In this document: piece after piece, positions 35,098 to 43,334 of the stretch
How the letters are laid out: each line of letters begins with the position of its first letter
How positions within the stretch are numbered: position 1 is the first letter of the stretch
Virus record (IMG/VR): IMGVR_UViG_3300024186_000003
Location: 1-45,981 of that record
Length of the DNA: 45,981 bases
Direction: 5' to 3' (one strand)
Source: a virus
Taxonomy: Duplodnaviria; Caudoviricetes
The notes under the pieces: model-generated
The model's database searches: none
The model's input: the letters and a program-made list of their open reading frames with translations, nothing else
What the model was told of the DNA's origin: nothing
Made by a program: the position numbers and the translations under genes

Positions 35098-35365
35098 TGC
35101 GACCATAACCATCGGTAATATAATTGAAATCAGTGTGCTTGCGCTTGGTGGCTTAGCCGGAATGATTACCGTGAAAAACAGTGTTTCAAATCTCAAGAGC
35201 GACGTAATTGACATGAAGGTTGAAATCAAGGAATTGAGTTCTGTCGTCTCGAAAATGGCGCTTACCGACTTGCGCCTATCGAACGTCGAACAGGACATTC
35301 GAGAATTGAAGCACGGTCGCGGTTTCGTCCGCGAGGCCATTGAAGGCGAATACCCTCCTCGGTAA
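35090..35365 (+). CDS. Single-TM coiled-coil protein, holin-like
   Basis: MIDATITIGNIIEISVLALGGLAGMI TM segment, then heptad repeats. Confidence 0.65.
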   Translation: MIDATITIGNIIEISVLALGGLAGMITVKNSVSNLKSDVIDMKVEIKELSSVVSKMALTDLRLSNVEQDIRELKHGRGFVREAIEGEYPPR

Positions 35366-35399
35366 CTGCGTAGCCCTTCCACAACATCAGGATTTAGAG

Positions 35400-35954
35400 A
35401 TGAACCGACGACAGCTCGTTGCTGTCGCGATTGCGCTTGCTTGCGTGACCGCGACCCCCGCTACCGCACGCCATCACAAAGCAAAACACCACCAAGTTCA
35501 AAGTCACCTAATCGAGTTCTGCGGCGACCGCTACTGCGGTCCTCAAGCGGTTTCCAGAGAAGTCACTAGGCGCGATGCCAGTGGGAATAGCGGACGCTAT
35601 CGCGGGTATCGCATTTGGGATCGCGTACCAATCCCGACGCCGGCCGGCACATGGCGCGTTGTCAAGTCGTGTGGACAGCGCCTAGCGGCCTATTGGAATC
35701 TAGGTCCAGGGCTTGACGGGACATGGGATTGGCCCCGGCGATTTGAACGCGCGTCTGCTCCTGGACCGCGCGTGGCTGTGGTTATGCCCGGTCACGTCAT
35801 GGGCATAGTCGGGGGTCAGGAAGGGGCGTGGCGCGTTGTGTCATTCAACGGAACCAAGCATCACGGAAATGTTGAATTCACCATCAGCAAATTGCCGGGA
35901 ATTTTGGTCGATACCACCAGACCTAAGCACGGCTCTAGAATGGCCAGCCGATGA
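35400..35954 (+). CDS. Exported protein with a possible CHAP/NlpC-like Cys-His domain
   Basis: MNRRQLVAVAIALACVTATPATA signal; SCG...W...F.RA.APGP.VAV...GHV...W.V.S.N. Confidence 0.6.
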   Translation: MNRRQLVAVAIALACVTATPATARHHKAKHHQVQSHLIEFCGDRYCGPQAVSREVTRRDASGNSGRYRGYRIWDRVPIPTPAGTWRVVKSCGQRLAAYWNLGPGLDGTWDWPRRFERASAPGPRVAVVMPGHVMGIVGGQEGAWRVVSFNGTKHHGNVEFTISKLPGILVDTTRPKHGSRMASR

Positions 35955-36070
35955 CGCTACGCCATCTCAGCCTTAGCATTGGCGAGGCTGTGAGGGCCGT
36001 TATCGTGTGCCTGTATTGGCTCCCGGTGGTCATGCTGCTTGTCGCCGTCCTGCTGTTCTTGAGGAGCTAG
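35951..36070 (+). CDS. 39-aa membrane peptide
   Basis: Hand translation; ATGA-coupled; hydrophobic C-terminal half. Confidence 0.4.
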   Translation: MTLRHLSLSIGEAVRAVIVCLYWLPVVMLLVAVLLFLRS

Positions 36071-36073
36071 GCA

Positions 36074-36166
36074 ATGCTCGGCTACATCGTGCTCGGGGTC
36101 ATAGCGATTTTCGCAGTCCTGTACGGGCTGGCGCGCTGGGATGACTACCTGCGGAACGGGCAGTGA
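36074..36166 (+). CDS. 30-aa membrane peptide (MLGYIVLGVIAIFAVLYGLARWDDYLRNGQ)
   Basis: GAGGAG RBS; single TM segment. Confidence 0.45.
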   Translation: MLGYIVLGVIAIFAVLYGLARWDDYLRNGQ

Positions 36167-36295
36167 TCGCGTTTCGCTAATATCTGAGCATCCAGCGCCA
36201 GCGCAGAAACGAAAAGTAAATCCGCGACGGCAAGCTTATCCAGATATAGACCGTTGTAGCGTTTGTGTTGGTCTGTATTCTCTCGCGCCATTCGT

Positions 36296-36532
36296 TCATG
36301 GATTGCTCGCTGTCTGCTCATATGCGGCTTCTGCGGCCGCCATCGCTTTATTCGCCCGCTCAGTTGCCATTGCCTGAGATTGGGGTGCAAAGCCGGATGA
36401 ATACCAGCACATCACGTCGCGCATGGCACCGCAGAGTTCTTTGTTGATTGCCAGCAGCCGCTCTATCTCTATCTTGGCGAGGTCACGCTCGGCCTCAATC
36501 TCAAGGCACTTGGAAAGTTCTTTGTCTGTCAT
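36296..36532 (-). CDS. Hypothetical protein
   Basis: Helical ORF near the end of the leftward accessory operon. Confidence 0.55.
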   Translation of the reverse strand: MTDKELSKCLEIEAERDLAKIEIERLLAINKELCGAMRDVMCWYSSGFAPQSQAMATERANKAMAAAEAAYEQTASNP

Positions 36533-36553
36533 GGCGTGCTCACTGTTCAGGCA

Positions 36554-36754
36554 TCAACGCTCAAGTTCACGCACGGCCTCAAGGGCCGCCTCGGCTGCAT
36601 CATCATAGCCACCACGCTCGACTGGGCATTCTGTGCGACCTCTATTCGCGGGCCATTCGCAGCAGCGAACCCCCTCACATGTTCTTGACTTGCAAATAGC
36701 TCTGGCTATTTGGCGGAGTGCTGCAAATTTGATGCTTTTTTCTACGTTTGTCAT
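36554..36754 (-). CDS. Cys-rich hypothetical protein
   Basis: IARAIC...C...CC.WP......C; start probably ATG 36754. Confidence 0.5.
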   Translation of the reverse strand: MTNVEKSIKFAALRQIARAICKSRTCEGVRCCEWPANRGRTECPVERGGYDDAAEAALEAVRELER

Positions 36755-36765
36755 AGTTGTGATGT

Positions 36766-36924
36766 CTATGGCGCGCGGGGCGGCCACGTAAAGAACTTCT
36801 TTTCAGCAAGCCTCCGAGCTTTCCACTCGGAACAACCCTTGCGCATGTAGTGCGCAACCCACGCCCTGCGGAGGTCGGCAAGGCGCGGATCGTATTCGTT
36901 CCAGGAAAATCCAATGTCGCCCAT
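36766..36924 (-). CDS. 52-aa hypothetical protein (MGDIGFSWNEYDPRL...)
   Basis: Hand translation; AGGA RBS; fills the gap. Confidence 0.45.
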   Translation of the reverse strand: MGDIGFSWNEYDPRLADLRRAWVAHYMRKGCSEWKARRLAEKKFFTWPPRAP

Positions 36925-36940
36925 GTTCACATCCTACCTA

Positions 36941-37141
36941 TTAGCGTGCATATAGGCCCCAAAGATCGAGGGGCGATAGCGTGATACCGAGCGGCTCCTG
37001 GTGCTGCAAGAGATGAGCATAGAAGCCGCGAAGTTGGACCAGATAGCTTCGCCATGCCCAAACGTGGTCGTCGTATTGACCTGCGATCAACATATGGAGC
37101 AGCCAAGCATTTACGTGGTCGCGGTGCTGTTCCATTGTCAT
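36941..37141 (-). CDS. Hypothetical protein
   Basis: GGAAGG RBS; in operon. Confidence 0.5.
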   Translation of the reverse strand: MTMEQHRDHVNAWLLHMLIAGQYDDHVWAWRSYLVQLRGFYAHLLQHQEPLGITLSPLDLWGLYAR

Positions 37142-37159
37142 TGCCTTCCGATATGTGAG

Positions 37160-37633
37160 CTATTTCCAGATTTCTCCGCGATGAATTTTTGCAACCGTCG
37201 AATAGGACACTCCATATTCTGCGGCAATCTCTCCCTGAGAGTAAGCCCCTCGCATACTTCTGATTTTAAGAGCCTGGGCGCGTGTCAATTTATCCCGCGT
37301 CTTACCGGCATTCGAATATGCCTTTCCTTGGGCAATTGTGTCGGCTTGGTTTTCCGCCCTAGTTTTCCAGCTTAGATGATGTGGGTTTACGCAGGCCCTA
37401 TTGCCGCAGGAATGCGCAGCCTCATGACGATCCGATGGTGGCTTGCCGTTGACCATCTCGCACATAACCCGGTGCGCTCTCCGAATCTTGCCCTGATATT
37501 TCAGGTTTCCATACCCGCGACATTTGGAGAATGGCCAAATCAAACATGATACGCCAGCCCAATTGCTTCTCTCGCGCAACCACGTCGCGCGCTCGATATC
37601 TGGCCGTTTATGTTTTGCGCTCATACTAGCCAT
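37160..37633 (-). CDS. HNH homing-endonuclease-like protein with a C-terminal HTH
   Basis: CLIWPF..GYG...RAHRVMC...EAAHSCGNRACVNPHHLSW.T..EN..D; KLT..Q...IR...IAAEYGVS. Confidence 0.85.
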   Translation of the reverse strand: MASMSAKHKRPDIERATWLRERSNWAGVSCLIWPFSKCRGYGNLKYQGKIRRAHRVMCEMVNGKPPSDRHEAAHSCGNRACVNPHHLSWKTRAENQADTIAQGKAYSNAGKTRDKLTRAQALKIRSMRGAYSQGEIAAEYGVSYSTVAKIHRGEIWK

Positions 37634-37634
37634 A

Positions 37635-37856
37635 TCAGTGCTTCGTATTGCCCCACTCATCAACCAAGTCAGTGTATTTTACTGATACCCCAACGATAAC
37701 AACCGCTGGCCAAATCGCCCCCATTACGACTCCTGTGACCACCCAAGCAGCGGGATGTACGTTGGCTTTGTTCCGACCATATTGGATCATTTGGCCCGAA
37801 CATGCGCACCACCCGACAGCGTATAGAACCAAAAGAACAATTATATCTAATCGCAT
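37635..37856 (-). CDS. Small membrane protein
   Basis: Two hydrophobic segments; IWP motif. Confidence 0.5.
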   Translation of the reverse strand: MRLDIIVLLVLYAVGWCACSGQMIQYGRNKANVHPAAWVVTGVVMGAIWPAVVIVGVSVKYTDLVDEWGNTKH

Positions 37857-37879
37857 CGGTCATGTCCTGATTGCGGCGG

Positions 37880-38155
37880 TTAACGTGCAATTCCTAGATA
37901 GCGGACGCCGACATTTCCGCAGCCGTCCACATTGCGGCACACTTCATGCCATCCAACAATGGTTTGGGCCGCATACTCGTTCGGCGTCATGGTTTTGTGT
38001 GGCCTACGGCGTAACGCCTCGCGTTCCTCTGCGCTGTCAGCCAAAAGGTGATTGGCTTCACTAAAGCCAGAGAACCCAGCCTCAATGCACTCGCCTTCCT
38101 GAGCGCATTGGTGCGGCGACGGGCATGTGTCACAGGTTTTCATCTGTCCTCTCAT
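37880..38155 (-). CDS. Cys-containing hypothetical protein
   Basis: CDTCPSPHQC....C; in operon; start may be 38143. Confidence 0.5.
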   Translation of the reverse strand: MRGQMKTCDTCPSPHQCAQEGECIEAGFSGFSEANHLLADSAEEREALRRRPHKTMTPNEYAAQTIVGWHEVCRNVDGCGNVGVRYLGIAR

Positions 38156-38161
38156 GGCGCA

Positions 38162-38755
38162 TTAGCGAACATTTTCGGCCGCGTACTTCGCTCGCGCCTC
38201 AGCCATGCGGGCGTCGTACTTTGCCTGATCGTCTGGCATCAACTTGAACAACGCGGGAGCCTGTGACGATGGATAGGCGTCACGGTCATCGTATGTCGTC
38301 CATGTGCAGTTCGGCCATTCGCCGCGACAGTCGCAATCAAAGATGCCGGTTGATCCAAGCTCGATTGTCCTGAATGTCGTCCCGTCACGCGGCGCATATT
38401 GTCCCTCGCGCCAGCCCAGTTCTTTTAGGCGCTGCCACGCGCGGAACATCGCCTCGATAGCTGATTTCTCGTCCGGCATATCGACCGCGCGTTGAGCTTC
38501 TGCGGCCTTAGCGGCCTCCCACAATGCCTCGCCTTCGGCGCGCGTCAGCGGCTCGTGCCGCAGCTTCGGAAATCCTGTAGCCTCGTCGATCTCGCCGGTA
38601 TCGAATGTCTTATGGCCGATAATGTCGCTAGGGTCCGGCATTCCGATGGCATCAGGTCCAGCGCAATCACACTTGCACCACGTCTGCATTCCGCAGTTGT
38701 CGTGGTCGCCGCGCTCGCAAGCATCACACTTCATGGTCGTATTCCGATCTGTCAT
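38162..38755 (-). CDS. Hypothetical phage protein
   Basis: N-terminal Cys cluster; MPDE..AI..MF.AWQRLKELGWR...Y.P.DG..F..IE.GSTGI motif. Confidence 0.7.
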   Translation of the reverse strand: MTDRNTTMKCDACERGDHDNCGMQTWCKCDCAGPDAIGMPDPSDIIGHKTFDTGEIDEATGFPKLRHEPLTRAEGEALWEAAKAAEAQRAVDMPDEKSAIEAMFRAWQRLKELGWREGQYAPRDGTTFRTIELGSTGIFDCDCRGEWPNCTWTTYDDRDAYPSSQAPALFKLMPDDQAKYDARMAEARAKYAAENVR

Positions 38756-38765
38756 TCTCGCGTCA

Positions 38766-38933
38766 TCAGCGGCGCTTCATCGCTTCAAGCATGTAGGCGA
38801 ACGCCATGCCAGCATCTGTCTTTGGCGGTTCCGGCCTGGGGCTGATGCGTGGCAGAACAAGCCGACCGCTCCGCAATATTTTCCGAAGCTCGATCCATGC
38901 GCGCCGCTTCCGTAAATTAATCACCTGTCCCAT
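38766..38933 (-). CDS. 55-aa basic protein (MGQVINLRKRR...)
   Basis: Hand translation; fills the gap; GGGTGG RBS. Confidence 0.5.
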   Translation of the reverse strand: MGQVINLRKRRAWIELRKILRSGRLVLPRISPRPEPPKTDAGMAFAYMLEAMKRR

Positions 38934-38941
38934 GACCACCC

Positions 38942-39190
38942 CTATCGGCGCAACCCGCGCGCCGTCATTGCCGCTTCCAACGTGCTCAAGTTCGGCCCGA
39001 ACAGGTGCGGCCGATACTTTCCCAGCGCGACTATCCGACGAAGTTGCTGGGCAGATTTGCTCTGTACGTTCCGCTCAGTGACGCCCTCATAGGCAAGCGC
39101 CTTCTTGCGAAGCATCGCCAGATCGCGCGCGTCGGCTTGACGCTGCTTGCGTTCTTTCGTGCGGTTCTTGTGGAAGTTGCGACCGGCCAT
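38942..39190 (-). CDS. Basic hypothetical protein
   Basis: AGGA RBS; in operon. Confidence 0.55.
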   Translation of the reverse strand: MAGRNFHKNRTKERKQRQADARDLAMLRKKALAYEGVTERNVQSKSAQQLRRIVALGKYRPHLFGPNLSTLEAAMTARGLRR

Positions 39191-39205
39191 GTTTCCTAAC
39201 CTATC

Positions 39206-39736
39206 CTATGCGAACAGTTCTTGCGGTGTAGACGTTCCTGCGTAGTCATCCCACGCTGCCCCGAACGCTCCGGTGCCAGGAAACAGATCAACAAAACTAT
39301 CCCCTGGCTGTGCATTCATCAGGCCGATGACCCATTTGCAAAAGTCGCGTGGTTTTGCGCCTGTCAGCCCGCGCTTAAGGGTGATGTTGGCCGAAACCCA
39401 ATCCCGCACCGTATCGTCGGCGCGTGTGAACTTGCGACCGCCCCGCCAGATCACCGGCTCCCACGCATAGGCCGGGTTGACGTTCGGCTTAAAGATAGCA
39501 AATGGCTTTACCCAAGCCGACACCCGGCAATCATGCGGACAAAACGGGAGTATGGTTCTGAGGGACGGCGAGCTGAGCGACATGGCCCATCCGTCCGGGT
39601 AGTCCTCGCAAAGCATCCGCACCAATTGCTCATGCCAATTCGGGTCGTCACAGTCGATCGCATCGACGTGGTTCTTTGCATACAGTTTGCCGCATCCAAG
39701 ATAGGGCGGGTCTGCGTAGGCAAACTTCATTGTCAT
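39206..39736 (-). CDS. Compact N6A/N4C DNA methyltransferase-like protein
   Basis: Catalytic ADPPY at the N-terminus; KP and DLFPGTG (FxGxG) at the C-terminus. Confidence 0.75.
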   Translation of the reverse strand: MTMKFAYADPPYLGCGKLYAKNHVDAIDCDDPNWHEQLVRMLCEDYPDGWAMSLSSPSLRTILPFCPHDCRVSAWVKPFAIFKPNVNPAYAWEPVIWRGGRKFTRADDTVRDWVSANITLKRGLTGAKPRDFCKWVIGLMNAQPGDSFVDLFPGTGAFGAAWDDYAGTSTPQELFA

Positions 39737-39969
39737 TAACCCTCTCTATGCGGACGAACTACGCCGCTATATCGTTCCGGGTGTGCGCAGTTCGTGTCAC
39801 GCGGCCCGTGTTTCTCGGTACACTTGGCGCAACGCCAGCCTGGGTCGTGAAGGTCAGGCTCTCCGCTCATGGAATACGACCACGTTTGCGACCACGACGC
39901 GCCGACTTCGCCGCAGTTCATGAACCTGCCGCAAGAGTCACACTTCTCGGTTTCAAATATGCGTGTCAT
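39736..39969 (-). CDS. Zn-ribbon hypothetical protein
   Basis: CDSCGRF...CAKC; TAATG coupling gives the start at 39969. Confidence 0.55.
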   Translation of the reverse strand: MTRIFETEKCDSCGRFMNCGEVGASWSQTWSYSMSGEPDLHDPGWRCAKCTEKHGPRDTNCAHPERYSGVVRPHREG

Positions 39970-40394
39970 TAACGGCCCACATCTAAGCATTGGCCAGCCG
40001 CAGCGATGATCTTGTCATCGATGTTGTCTTGAGCCGCGCGAATATCTTGGGCGTCCGAATTGGCGATCTCAATCAGAACATCGGCGTGGCACGGCGCGTC
40101 GAGATCGCACCAGCACGCCAAGTCTTTGCCGCCAAGCTCGTTACGGATGAAGTCGTGAATGGCTACGTCCCAAAACAGCGCGTGGCGAAACTTCTCGACA
40201 GCCTGGGCGGCGTCCCCGCATACGATGATCTGGCCCGTGGGCGATATATTCCAGCCCCATCGCCGGGCCTGCTTCATGTCAATGCTTTCGCCAATGCGAT
40301 AGGGATTGCCGAACCGCGTAGTGCGATCGACCTTCACGGTTCGAGGCGGAAGACGCCAGCCCTTTGTCCGGCTCAGTTGGATGCGTTTCGGCAT
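39969..40394 (-). CDS. DUF4326-like protein
   Basis: PKRIQLSRTKGWRLP...VDRTTRFGNPY...L.GKDLACWC....PCHADVL motif. Confidence 0.8.
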   Translation of the reverse strand: MPKRIQLSRTKGWRLPPRTVKVDRTTRFGNPYRIGESIDMKQARRWGWNISPTGQIIVCGDAAQAVEKFRHALFWDVAIHDFIRNELGGKDLACWCDLDAPCHADVLIEIANSDAQDIRAAQDNIDDKIIAAAGQCLDVGR

Positions 40395-40404
40395 CGCATG
40401 TCTC

Positions 40405-40635
40405 CTATCTGGCCTTCAATGGCGTAATGGTAACTCGCACGGGGACGACCTTGTGATTTTTCAGGCCGTTTCTTGGAAAGTGCGATCGCTCATCGTCTAA
40501 ATACTTTTGGGCGCCCTCCGCGCTTTCAAAAGTATTCGGCGTCCAAATTCCGCCAACATGATTCATGATACCGAACCTCTTTGTGGTTCGGTATGACACA
40601 TGGTATTTGAAGGCCGGATGTTTTCGTTTTTTCAT
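40405..40635 (-). CDS. Basic hypothetical protein
   Basis: In operon, no overlap with neighbours. Confidence 0.55.
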   Translation of the reverse strand: MKKRKHPAFKYHVSYRTTKRFGIMNHVGGIWTPNTFESAEGAQKYLDDERSHFPRNGLKNHKVVPVRVTITPLKAR

Positions 40636-40650
40636 GCTTCGTATCCACTA

Positions 40651-41139
40651 CTATGCAAACACTTCGAGTTGCGTCCCGCTCTTGATATAGAGCGGATGTT
40701 TTGGAGCGCCGTGCTTCGTCTTTCCGAAGCAATAGACCGCTGGCCGGCGTGACCTGATCGTATTCAGCGGTTTGACTGCATATTGCTTGGCCGCCGGGTA
40801 TGCGCCCCAGGCGCAGACTGCTACGTCACAGCGGCCTATTGCAGCCTCGATAGTCGGCAAGTTGTTGGGTCCTACAGGGTCCGACTGCTTTGCCAACTCG
40901 TCCGGGTTAGTCGCACGCCACGCGAACACGTTGACGACTTCCATGCTGCCGTAGCCGAGCCCGGCCAGCAGCCGGACGCAAGAACGGATCGTGGCGTCGT
41001 CCTGCTTGGCATCTGCGGTAGACGGGTTAAGCATGATCAGCAGAGCGCGTGGCTTCGCGTGGTCCCACGTCCGTCGCAGGAGGTAGCGGTACTTGCCGCA
41101 ATCCGAAAGCACCGCGTCATTTTCCAGATAGTGGTTCAT
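40651..41139 (-). CDS. DUF1643-like protein
   Basis: SDCGKYRY.L.R.W...IMLNPSTADA..DD.TIR...N.FAWRAT.P...AWG...TK.G.PKHPLY; GAGGA RBS at ATG 41139. Confidence 0.85.
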   Translation of the reverse strand: MNHYLENDAVLSDCGKYRYLLRRTWDHAKPRALLIMLNPSTADAKQDDATIRSCVRLLAGLGYGSMEVVNVFAWRATNPDELAKQSDPVGPNNLPTIEAAIGRCDVAVCAWGAYPAAKQYAVKPLNTIRSRRPAVYCFGKTKHGAPKHPLYIKSGTQLEVFA

Positions 41140-41162
41140 GTCCTCATACCGCTGCAATATGG

Positions 41163-41429
41163 TCAGTTCGGCCATGCGAAAACATGGAACATCAATTGGC
41201 CGCCGCGCAGCGAAGCAGTGCCGAGATAGCGGCCATCGGCTGGCGCAGGATTCCCCGTGCCAACGATGGCGATCTTTCGTGGCTCTATTGCTGCGGACGG
41301 GTCGCAGCGGAACCAAACGCAAATATCTTCGCGCTGCTCCCTGGCGCATAGAAGCTCGGCGCCGGCAGGAACGCTTATCTCCTGCACGTCGGTAACCTTC
41401 AAAACTACCTTCCAGATTGTCCGGTTCAT
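41163..41429 (-). CDS. Conserved small phage protein
   Basis: TIWK..L......I.VP.GAE.L....Q....CVW......I.GTG......YLGT.......FHVF pattern. Confidence 0.75.
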   Translation of the reverse strand: MNRTIWKVVLKVTDVQEISVPAGAELLCAREQREDICVWFRCDPSAAIEPRKIAIVGTGNPAPADGRYLGTASLRGGQLMFHVFAWPN

Positions 41430-41459
41430 TGCCTCTTTCCTTGTCCCTATATCGCCAGA

Positions 41460-41591
41460 CTACGCGCGCACCCAGCTAATCATGCAGCCGCAGTGCTTCT
41501 TCACGTATTCGACCATCGCCTTGGTCGTTTCAAACCCATGGCTTTTCCCGCGCCTCGGCGTCACAAGCCAATGCCCTGCCTTCTTCGCCAT
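41460..41591 (-). CDS. 43-aa hypothetical protein (MAKKAGHWLVTPRRG...)
   Basis: Hand translation; GGAGG RBS; directly follows the recombinase. Confidence 0.4.
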   Translation of the reverse strand: MAKKAGHWLVTPRRGKSHGFETTKAMVEYVKKHCGCMISWVRA

Positions 41592-41593
41592 CT

Positions 41594-42568
41594 CTATCCC
41601 TCCCTGCTGGCCGCGCGCAGTTTCATGACTTCGGCGGTTGCCTCAGCGTCGCCACGGCTATACCGGCTCGTCATGCTCGAATTGCTGTGCGTGGCGGACT
41701 TGCGGACAAGCTCGATAGGTGCGCCCGCGTTTAGAGCCTCGGTAATAGCTCCGCTTCTCGTATCCATGTTGTACGTCGTCTTGGGCACGCCGGCCGCATT
41801 GGCGGCCTTCCGCCAGTTGCGGCGAAACTCAATCGCGCGCCATGGCAAGCCGGTTGTCTCAGCGACGATCACCGGGCCGCTGGCTGGCATCCTGGCTCGA
41901 TCAATGGCGCCGAACCACAGCATCAATTCCTGAATCACCATGTCGGCCAGCTTTAGGTCAACGGTGATTTCCTTCTGCCGCTTGCTGGTGACATGGGTAA
42001 GGATGAAATCTGCGTCGATCTCCTCCCACCGCAGACCGCGTAGCCATTTCAGGTCGCCGTCGATAACGTCCGATACGCCCGGCTCGGATAGCGGGACGTA
42101 CTCGCCAAGCAAATCCTTCTGCCTCAGCATCAGGTCGAATTGGAACGCCTGCATCAAGGCAATCGATCGGCGGCCCAGGCGGTGCGCCTCAGCGCGGACC
42201 CGGATGGCTTGATCGGCCGTCAGGCTTTCCTTGCGGGCCGGCGGCATCTTGAACCGCATGTTGCCGAGCACGGTAGAGATACGGACGCACTCGGCATCCT
42301 CAAGGATCGTCGCGCCGAACCCGGTCAGGATGCGGAGCATACCAATGACCGAATGTCCCATGGCGACGGTGCCGGCTTCCAAGAACTTGGCGTGCCAGTG
42401 CAGCAGCTCGCGCGCCTTTATTTCGTGCAGTTCCAGGCTGCCCATGTCCTGCTCTACGCGCTTGCACAGGCTGTCATAGGTGTTGCGCGTACAGAGGCGA
42501 AGGCGGGAGCCGTAGTACGGCGAGTCCTCGTCGGTCTGGTAGGCGCGGATCAGGGCGGTGAGGTTCAT
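41594..42568 (-). CDS. Tyrosine recombinase lacking an N-terminal arm-binding domain
   Basis: R (LRQKD), K (TSKR), MDTRSGAITE in place of HxxR, H (ATHS) and Y (SRYSR). Confidence 0.8.
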   Translation of the reverse strand: MNLTALIRAYQTDEDSPYYGSRLRLCTRNTYDSLCKRVEQDMGSLELHEIKARELLHWHAKFLEAGTVAMGHSVIGMLRILTGFGATILEDAECVRISTVLGNMRFKMPPARKESLTADQAIRVRAEAHRLGRRSIALMQAFQFDLMLRQKDLLGEYVPLSEPGVSDVIDGDLKWLRGLRWEEIDADFILTHVTSKRQKEITVDLKLADMVIQELMLWFGAIDRARMPASGPVIVAETTGLPWRAIEFRRNWRKAANAAGVPKTTYNMDTRSGAITEALNAGAPIELVRKSATHSNSSMTSRYSRGDAEATAEVMKLRAASREG

Positions 42569-42843
42569 GGCTGGATGGCCTTTTTGATTACTGATCTGAT
42601 CCAGTCCCAGTCAGGCGGACCATTGGTGGTGCTGACCATTTGTTCGCAGCGGATCGCTACCTCTAAGAGGTCAGGCGCGGCGGCGATCACGCGCGCGTTG
42701 GCTTCCGCAATCGTATTGTCGGAAGGAAAAGCGCAGTCCGCGACAATTTGACCGCCAGAGAATACGGACAAATTCGGCCCGTTAAGATTCTCGCCAGTTT
42801 GCCAAGGACCGGGCGTGTGAGCATATGTGGCGTTAACGGACAT
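42565..42843 (-). CDS. Hypothetical phage protein
   Basis: HTPGPW...EANARVIAAAPDLLE family motif. Confidence 0.75.
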   Translation of the reverse strand: MSVNATYAHTPGPWQTGENLNGPNLSVFSGGQIVADCAFPSDNTIAEANARVIAAAPDLLEVAIRCEQMVSTTNGPPDWDWIRSVIKKAIQP

Positions 42844-42851
42844 GACGGCCC

Positions 42852-43034
42852 CTATTGTACGTGCGGGATTTCATCGTCAACCAAATGCCACTTACTATCT
42901 CTCTCGTTTGTGGCATCGCGATACCAAAGTGTTCCGTCATCGCAAAGAGCGTGCTGCCGATAGCCAGTAGTGATGCCAAAAAATCCGTATGGCATAACCG
43001 TAAATTGAATTATCTTTCTTGGCATTAGCATCAC
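42852..43034 (-). CDS. Hypothetical phage protein
   Basis: RKIIQ...ALCDDGTLW...W......IP motif. Confidence 0.6.
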   Translation of the reverse strand: MMLMPRKIIQFTVMPYGFFGITTGYRQHALCDDGTLWYRDATNERDSKWHLVDDEIPHVQ

Positions 43035-43058
43035 CTGTCATTCATGCGGAGTAAGCGG

Positions 43059-43295
43059 TCACGCCGCGCTTTCGCTCAGATCGGGAGTGAGCGCGTTGAT
43101 TACGGCCGCCAACGCCTTGGCTTTGTTGATGCTGCTGGCGACAAAAAACGCTTCCATCGTGGCCTCGCCACCATCGCCGTGAAATGTCAAATGAAGGCAC
43201 GCGAATGGGTTCTCTGTTCCTTCGTTGACCACCTGAGCTTCCGCCGTCATGTTCCTGACGCGGTGGACGGACGGGGCAGAAAATTCAAACGACAT
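43059..43295 (-). CDS. Hypothetical protein, first gene after the structured leader
   Basis: AGGA RBS before ATG 43295. Confidence 0.6.
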   Translation of the reverse strand: MSFEFSAPSVHRVRNMTAEAQVVNEGTENPFACLHLTFHGDGGEATMEAFFVASSINKAKALAAVINALTPDLSESAA

Positions 43296-43334
43296 GGGTT
43301 GTTCCTATACAGTTGGTATCAGAACTTTTTAAGT

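Noticed and set aside
36921-36932. 12-bp match (ccatgttcacat) to the terminal repeat
   Set aside because: Both copies are simply GTGAACATGG gene-start contexts; too short to imply a recombination site.
40651-41349. 232-aa version of the DUF1643-like gene
   Set aside because: The extension overlaps the 41163-41429 gene; the RBS and domain start fit ATG 41139.
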